From: a virus
Taxonomy: Duplodnaviria > Caudoviricetes
Length of the DNA stretch: 30,998 nt
Direction: 5' to 3' (one strand)
IMG/VR virus record: IMGVR_UViG_3300031519_000139
Location: 1 to 30,998 of that record
Positions 26,054 through 30,998 of this stretch are shown one piece after another (position 1 is the first letter of the stretch; each line of letters opens with the position of its first letter). The notes below the pieces were generated by a model. The model was not told the origin of the DNA and searched no databases. It was given only the letters and a program-made list of their open reading frames with translations. Both the position numbers and the translations under genes were made by a program.

Positions 26054-26218
26054 ATGTATCAAGATAAAGAGAAAAGTCAAAAAGTATATGTCGAAAGCAA
26101 CTGCGTTTCTCGAGACGACTGTTGTTGGGACGAAACACCTGAGATATTAGAAGTCGTTACTTTGGAAAAACAATCCAAACAGCACGAATGGCCTGCACAC
26201 TGGAACAAGCAACTATAA
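26054..26218 (+). CDS. Small hypothetical protein (54 aa), not in ORF track
   Basis: AAGGAG SD; MYQDKEKSQKVYVESNCVSRDDCCWDETPEILEVVTLEKQSKQHEWPAHWNKQL*; -10 box upstream. Confidence 0.6.
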   Translation: MYQDKEKSQKVYVESNCVSRDDCCWDETPEILEVVTLEKQSKQHEWPAHWNKQL

Positions 26219-26265
26219 TGTGGCCTTATACAGAAACAGAGCAGAGCTGGTTATCTAAAAAGTAA
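26218..26265 (+). CDS. Putative 15-aa micropeptide MWPYTETEQSWLSKK
   Basis: TAATG stop/start coupling with the 54-aa ORF; ends before the hairpin. Confidence 0.35.
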   Translation: MWPYTETEQSWLSKK

Positions 26266-26286
26266 TACTAGTTGGCGAATGCCGGG

Positions 26287-26320
26287 TAGGGTATTAGGAT
26301 GGGCCATTGGCCCACCCCCT
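26287..26320. terminator. GC-rich hairpin between convergent genes (possible bidirectional terminator)
   Basis: TGGGCC-ATT-GGCCCA stem, extendable by GG/CC; no long U-tract. Confidence 0.45.
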
Positions 26321-26327
26321 TGGGTAA

Positions 26328-27194
26328 TTACTTGCCTACCCAGTTTTTACCTGCTTTATCTACTATTTCGACCCAGTTAGGATTTTCTCCGTACAAATCT
26401 GGATGGAATAATTTCTTATTCTTAATGTGTGCTGTAATCGTATCAGATTTCATTACATTGATCCATGCTTTTCTAAACTTTCTAACATCGAGAAAATTCA
26501 TGTTAGCCGAATCCAAGTAGGTGAACGTTTGTATATCGTTATACTTGTATTCTGGAAATAGATCTTTCATTGGCACCATGTCTAGAATTTTAGTAGGTCC
26601 GGTGTTTGCCCAACAAGAGATACCGTTCTTTGTTACACCCGATACTGCTTTTGGCATGTTAGTGTATAACATATCTGTATCGCCTGCTACAAATCCTTTA
26701 AGGCTCTTGCCTGAAGATCCGTAAGGTATAAATTTCATTGGTGTTCCTGTTACTTCCGCTAATGGATCTATCATGTGTTGACCATAAGAGTTTGAAACCG
26801 CGAAAGTTAATCTCTTTCCGCCTTTCAATTTAGCCACTGCTGTTGCCATGTCGTCCATAGAACAGAACGCCATTGCTCTTCCCCAACCTGTACCAATAAA
26901 GGATTTCTTGGTTGCCTGCATGTCACACCCTTTGTCTTCGTGGTTAAGTGTGCTGGTAATAAAAATAGACGGGTTCTTGCTTGACTTTAAATAAATTGTT
27001 CCACCTACACAGCTGTCTACAATAACTTTTTTAATTGTATATCCTGTTTCTTTTTCTAGAATTGGAATGAACATCTCTGCATTGTCATACGATGTTCCTC
27101 CCGGTGTACCTGTTACAAGATAGTCGATAGTCTTTGCATTCGCAACAGACAAGGACATTAAAAACATAATACACGATGCTATTATTTTCTTCAT
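26328..27194 (-). CDS. tctC: Tripartite tricarboxylate transporter substrate-binding protein (TctC/Bug-like)
   Basis: Signal peptide, GTPGGTSY, FIPYGSSGKSLKGFVAGDTD motifs; AAGGAAGG SD; next to tctA. Confidence 0.7.
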   Translation of the reverse strand: MKKIIASCIMFLMSLSVANAKTIDYLVTGTPGGTSYDNAEMFIPILEKETGYTIKKVIVDSCVGGTIYLKSSKNPSIFITSTLNHEDKGCDMQATKKSFIGTGWGRAMAFCSMDDMATAVAKLKGGKRLTFAVSNSYGQHMIDPLAEVTGTPMKFIPYGSSGKSLKGFVAGDTDMLYTNMPKAVSGVTKNGISCWANTGPTKILDMVPMKDLFPEYKYNDIQTFTYLDSANMNFLDVRKFRKAWINVMKSDTITAHIKNKKLFHPDLYGENPNWVEIVDKAGKNWVGK

Positions 27195-27228
27195 TTATTT
27201 TACCTTCCTTAAGTTTTTAGTTTATATT

Positions 27229-27257
27229 ATTATACTTGTTACTAGTTTCCTCGTCAA
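27229..27257 (-). promoter_or_regulatory. Sigma70-like promoter of tctC
   Basis: Minus strand TTGACG-N17-TATAAT. Confidence 0.7.
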
Positions 27258-27259
27258 CC

Positions 27260-27310
27260 AAAAGCACAACACAAGAGCAATAGGAGTTAGGTATTGCGAC
27301 CTGTGTTGCA
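27260..27310 (-). terminator. Long hairpin with short U-tract downstream of tctA and the ncRNA candidate
   Basis: CAACACA/TGTGTTG plus GCAATA/TATTGC stems; G-U pairs favour the minus strand; followed by CTTTT. Confidence 0.5.
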
Positions 27311-27324
27311 CTCTAGAGTTTTAG

Positions 27325-27448
27325 AAAAAGTTAGCGGTGAACCGCGTACGGGGTGGCGTTCCTAGTAAGGTAAAAAGTGTTTGGATATTGGCATATTTCA
27401 ACACTTAGGCGTCACTGTTATCCCGACGTCATCATATGATGGCGCTAC
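27325..27448 (-). ncRNA. Candidate structured non-coding RNA (~120 nt), family unrecognised
   Basis: TAAATA-N5 upstream; 5' GTAGCG pairs with 3' CGCTA(A)C followed by TTTTT; several internal helices; GC-rich island in an AT-rich spacer. Confidence 0.55.
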
Positions 27449-27475
27449 AGACATATTTAATAAAATAGTAATAAT

Positions 27476-28891
27476 TTATTGTATAAATTGACTCAGTGGA
27501 TTGTGGTCCGCCCAATCAGAATATATAAAGAACAATCTGATAATCCCAGATTCGATCTGTCCTTGTAACACAAATGCGAACACTAGTATCAGTGTGTCCC
27601 ATCTACGCAACATAGCACCTATAGGCATTAGAACTAGAAGTATGTAGATGTAGAACATTCCTTGCTGTTTCATATCTCCTAGATAGTATACCAACACAAC
27701 TAACACAAAGAACGTCAGTGAATACAAGATCTTCTGATTAATCTTGAAGATTACATGCAGATGTTTTGCAAACGGCCAGGCCGCCAATACACATATAAAG
27801 TTCATGGCCACAAAGTACAACAGTAGTTGGTTGAACATACCTGTTTCTATTGTGGTGGTCCAGTTAATAACTTCCATGTTATTTTCAATGATGTTTAGAA
27901 TAATTGCTTCGCTAGTAGTGATCGGAATTCCTATCAATAGCAACGGAGTCAATTGTGTAAGTCCTGCCGCGTTGTTGGCCGTTTCGGCACTTACAAGGCT
28001 CTTTATATCTCCTTTCTCATTGTAGGCTTTTTTCTTTTTCTGTCTGGCCATCTCAAACACATAAGAAACATTACTGGCTAGTGTTGATGTTAGATGAGGT
28101 ACCAGTCCACATACACTCCCTATCAGTGTTCCCCTAACACTAGAACCGATGTGTTTGCAGTATTCCTTGATATGCATTATAAACTCGCTGTCCCACAGCT
28201 TGTCTAACGCACTTGCGTTGGGTCTCGGGGAGTTCCAACTCTTCATGAATATAGGAAACACAAACAGACCGATGATAACCGGATACAACGGCAATCCAAA
28301 ATGTAGATAGTAGAACGTTTCATAGTTGATTACACTTTCAAAGTTGTAGCCCATTAACTCTTTGTTGAATCCTACACGTGACAACATCCATCCAAATACA
28401 AACAATCCTAAATTAACATACCATTTCTGGTCTCCGTAAGTTGCTATCAGAAATATGCTGACCACACATAGTATGATCACCTGTGTATGGGTATTGTAAA
28501 ATTTTGCTATGCCAACTACTGCAAGTGGCAACACTGCTAACATTATTAAAGAAGCAATTCCGGATCCAACAAAACTGCCGATTGCAGAGTTGCTGATAGC
28601 ATAGTTTCCGCGGCCATCTCTGAACATTCTGTGGCCTTCTTTCACTGCAGGCAGACTGGATGTTTCTCCCGGTACTGCTAGTGTAGTGGCAACCACACTA
28701 CCGGTGTACTGTGCCGCACATGCCAAACATAGATAGAACAACACTATTTGGAACAGGTTGTAGTCGGTTATGAAGGGATATACCAACATCAGGACAACAA
28801 CATTGCCAACACCGGGTAACATTCCGGCTATTAATCCAAGTGCTATACCTAGCATCATGATTGCAATATCTATAGGAATGGTTTCAAACAT
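27476..28891 (-). CDS. tctA: Tripartite tricarboxylate transporter large permease (TctA-like)
   Basis: Polytopic; G.IAG.LPG, VPGETSS...EGHRM, SAETANNAA and PLLLIGIP motifs. Confidence 0.85.
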   Translation of the reverse strand: MFETIPIDIAIMMLGIALGLIAGMLPGVGNVVVLMLVYPFITDYNLFQIVLFYLCLACAAQYTGSVVATTLAVPGETSSLPAVKEGHRMFRDGRGNYAISNSAIGSFVGSGIASLIMLAVLPLAVVGIAKFYNTHTQVIILCVVSIFLIATYGDQKWYVNLGLFVFGWMLSRVGFNKELMGYNFESVINYETFYYLHFGLPLYPVIIGLFVFPIFMKSWNSPRPNASALDKLWDSEFIMHIKEYCKHIGSSVRGTLIGSVCGLVPHLTSTLASNVSYVFEMARQKKKKAYNEKGDIKSLVSAETANNAAGLTQLTPLLLIGIPITTSEAIILNIIENNMEVINWTTTIETGMFNQLLLYFVAMNFICVLAAWPFAKHLHVIFKINQKILYSLTFFVLVVLVYYLGDMKQQGMFYIYILLVLMPIGAMLRRWDTLILVFAFVLQGQIESGIIRLFFIYSDWADHNPLSQFIQ

Positions 28892-28905
28892 ACATAAATT
28901 ATAAG

Positions 28906-29931
28906 TTATTTTTTGTAGAAGTCAACAATTTTTGACTTGGATTGGTAATAACCGATCGGCATAGGATTACCTCCTAGGTCGTCGGGGTGTATTTTTGTGT
29001 TACACTCGCTGATATAGTCCCAATACTCTTTGTGTATTTCTGGTTGCACAGGTTTGTTGCTGTCAATAAACCAATTCATCTTGGGCTCCGTAAATTCATT
29101 GTTGGTAGTTGTTTTTCCTCCGTGCCAAATTGGCAGTGCAAATTTTTTATACAAAACGTTTTCCTGTATCCATCGTGCCTGTGGTATCCACATGGCCTCG
29201 GCATCGGGTGCACCAATAGATCTCACCAGTTCGCATGCACTCAACACTATGTCTGGTGTGCCATAGAAATGTACGTAGTCACATGCGTCAGTGTGTGCCA
29301 GGCGTCTGTATAGATCGTCTGTTGTGTGGAACATGCTCCATATACCGTTATTGGGATTGTAAATTGTTTTCTTCCAACCCTTCCCCACAATCACGCACCT
29401 GTTCTCTTGTGCTATTCTGCCTAGCAAATCATCGCAGGATTGTCCGCATATGTCGTCTAGTGTCGGGGAACACTTTGTCCATGTTGACCTGTCTGTGTCT
29501 TGTTTTGTGATCTCCCACAGCTCTGCCATGTCTATGAATCTTATTTCAACGCTGGGAAATTTTTTAATGTACCTATTAATGTGTGCGTAATTATTTTTCA
29601 GTTCTAGATTGGTCACGGCCTTGTCGTCTATGTGCTTGTGACCTATCATGGTTATGATGTCATACGGAATGTTGTTCCTGTGAGATATCTCCAACAAGTA
29701 AGACGAATCATATCCTCCTCCCCAGGACAGCTCTAGTACATCATATTGTTTCCTTAGCTGTGATAGTCTCTGATCGTACAGGCTGTCTATGTCTTTGTGT
29801 GCTGTGGCTCGGGTGCTGTCGAAGTCCCACGACACCTCACAATCATGCCACCTCTCGCCGGAGGTGAGGGCCTCCAACATGTTTGAATACAATGTCTCGG
29901 TCCTGCTGGAATACACACCGCCTTGGTCCAT
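28906..29931 (-). CDS. Adenine nucleotide alpha-hydrolase (PP-loop)-like hypothetical protein
   Basis: LRKQYDVLELSWGGGYDSSYLL resembles the SGGxDS ATP-binding loop. Confidence 0.55.
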   Translation of the reverse strand: MDQGGVYSSRTETLYSNMLEALTSGERWHDCEVSWDFDSTRATAHKDIDSLYDQRLSQLRKQYDVLELSWGGGYDSSYLLEISHRNNIPYDIITMIGHKHIDDKAVTNLELKNNYAHINRYIKKFPSVEIRFIDMAELWEITKQDTDRSTWTKCSPTLDDICGQSCDDLLGRIAQENRCVIVGKGWKKTIYNPNNGIWSMFHTTDDLYRRLAHTDACDYVHFYGTPDIVLSACELVRSIGAPDAEAMWIPQARWIQENVLYKKFALPIWHGGKTTTNNEFTEPKMNWFIDSNKPVQPEIHKEYWDYISECNTKIHPDDLGGNPMPIGYYQSKSKIVDFYKK

Positions 29932-30642
29932 CTAGTTTTTCTTGCGACCCAGTATGGTCAGCGAGTTTCTTTCAACGTTTGAATTGTTGAACGTGTGGTG
30001 TGGGAAGAACCATGGCCATTCATAGAAGTCACCGACTTTCCAGTTCTGTGCGATGCTTTCGCCCATTCCGAATCCCTGTCCGTATGCCCAGTCACTCAGG
30101 AACACAACACCTATCCTTACCTCCCCACACAGTATGGGATCCTCGTGTGAGTTGTGTAGGTTAGACATCTGTCTGTGTACATCAACGTGTGTTGCGGTCA
30201 TCTCGCCCGCGGGTTGTTGGAATCTAGAGAATCTTATCTTCTCCCAGCCCATAGGTGTCAGGAAATCATACAGTGCCTTCTGCACGTCTCTGCTCAGCGT
30301 GGTGTCTTGTGTTTGCTTGACTATGTACTCGTTGGTGCTGTTGATGTTGCTGTCACAGTAGATGTTCATCTCGTGTATCTCGCTGATGTTTGGTCTCGAG
30401 GTGCTCAGCTGTGGCTGTAGGCCAAACGTTGATCCGTTTCCCAGGATGGGGGGAATGTCCCAATCGGTCAATCGATCGAGTGTGACGCTGTGCTTCTCGA
30501 ATGACTCCCACACGTTGCCGTGCTTCTTGTATCCAGGCTTGTCCTTGTTTAATTCATACAATCGCCACGAGTTCATCTGTGACTCGCCCCATGGCTTGAT
30601 GTTCTTGCGTAAGAGCTGTGTGTCTAGATCGGTCTTGTACAT
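29932..30642 (-). CDS. 2OG-Fe(II) oxygenase/cupin-like protein
   Basis: QPAGEMTATHVD (HxD), VVFLSDW..GQ, distal PHHTFN...R motifs. Confidence 0.65.
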   Translation of the reverse strand: MYKTDLDTQLLRKNIKPWGESQMNSWRLYELNKDKPGYKKHGNVWESFEKHSVTLDRLTDWDIPPILGNGSTFGLQPQLSTSRPNISEIHEMNIYCDSNINSTNEYIVKQTQDTTLSRDVQKALYDFLTPMGWEKIRFSRFQQPAGEMTATHVDVHRQMSNLHNSHEDPILCGEVRIGVVFLSDWAYGQGFGMGESIAQNWKVGDFYEWPWFFPHHTFNNSNVERNSLTILGRKKN

Positions 30643-30688
30643 AGTTGTTCCCTCGTTAGTATGCCAATACCTAACTATATTTACTTTG

Positions 30689-30713
30689 CCTCCACCGGCG
30701 AACCTGTGGAAAT
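30689..30713 (-). terminator. UUCG-capped hairpin after clpP
   Basis: TTTCCAC-A-GG-TTCG-CC-G-GTGGAGG; followed by TAAATA (30683-30678) for the next operon. Confidence 0.4.
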
Positions 30714-30729
30714 GGTATCTGTTTGTGTG

Positions 30730-30998
30730 TTAGCTGTTGGTGTCGTCGTCTGCCCTATTGGTGATTATCTTGTCTACCAATCCGTATGCAACGGCTTCTT
30801 CTGCGTTCATGAACTTGTCTCGTTCCATGTCGTCTTGCAATATTTGAAGGGGTTTCCCTGTGTTCTTCTCGTATATCTCTGTGAGCTCTCGCTTCCATCT
30901 TAATAATTCGTTTGCCCTGATCTCAACGTCAGTTGCCTGTCCACTCGCTCCGCCCAGTGGTTGATGTATCATGTGTCTTGCGTGTGGTAGCATTAATC
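30730..30998 (-). CDS. clpP: ATP-dependent Clp protease proteolytic subunit, C-terminal part (truncated by window)
   Basis: MIHQPLGGASGQATD, DMERDKFM and EAVAYGLVD motifs. Confidence 0.92.
   Translation of the reverse strand, partial: LMLPHARHMIHQPLGGASGQATDVEIRANELLRWKRELTEIYEKNTGKPLQILQDDMERDKFMNAEEAVAYGLVDKIITNRADDDTNS

Noticed and set aside
27325-27448. Assignment as 5S rRNA, tmRNA, SRP RNA, retron ncRNA or a known riboswitch
   Set aside because: I found no CCGAAC loop, tRNA-like CCA end or SRP GGAA motif, no recognisable aptamer core, and no reverse transcriptase in the window.
26054-29931. Lasso-peptide gene cluster (peptide plus Asn-synthetase-like cyclase)
   Set aside because: The peptide lacks a convincing lasso leader/core pattern, and no B1/B2 proteins are present.
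476-30903. Numerous 60-200 aa antisense or alternate-frame ORFs inside long genes (e.g. 16016-16606, 14083-14508, 4729-5136)
   Set aside because: They are nested opposite motif-bearing genes and have no independent signals.
1-30998. Stop-codon reassignment, CRISPR array, introns or inteins
   Set aside because: Genes tile densely under the standard code using all three stops. No regularly spaced repeats were seen, and the helicases and primase are uninterrupted.

Overview
Gene-dense, AT-rich 31-kb segment that reads as part of a large dsDNA tailed phage genome (T4-like/jumbo style; an aquatic alphaproteobacterial host is plausible but only inferred). Left to right: (i) a glycan-modification cluster (partial asparagine-synthetase-like gene, three glycosyltransferase-like genes); (ii) a replication core (SprT-like protease, UvsW-like SF2 helicase, probable clamp-loader small subunit, a 196-aa DnaE-type polymerase core, primase, DnaB/gp41-like helicase); (iii) a ~9-kb accessory operon with a cytidylyltransferase-RraA aldolase fusion, a Maf/DUF115-like transferase, a FkbM methyltransferase, three radical SAM enzymes, a GDPD-like protein, a nucleotidyltransferase and a form IV RuBisCO-like protein; (iv) three minus-strand tRNAs (Thr-TGT, Asp-GTC, Arg-CCT); (v) many small lipoprotein/membrane/micro-ORFs, several missed by the ORF track, including a 10-Cys metallothionein-like peptide; (vi) a minus-strand module of ClpP, 2OG-Fe(II) oxygenase, PP-loop-like protein, TctA and TctC. 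A structured ~120-nt non-coding element with its own promoter motif and U-tract lies between tctA and tctC. Many genes look leaderless, starting 5-10 nt after TAAATA or a sigma70 -10 box. All calls come from reading motifs by eye; no database searches were run.
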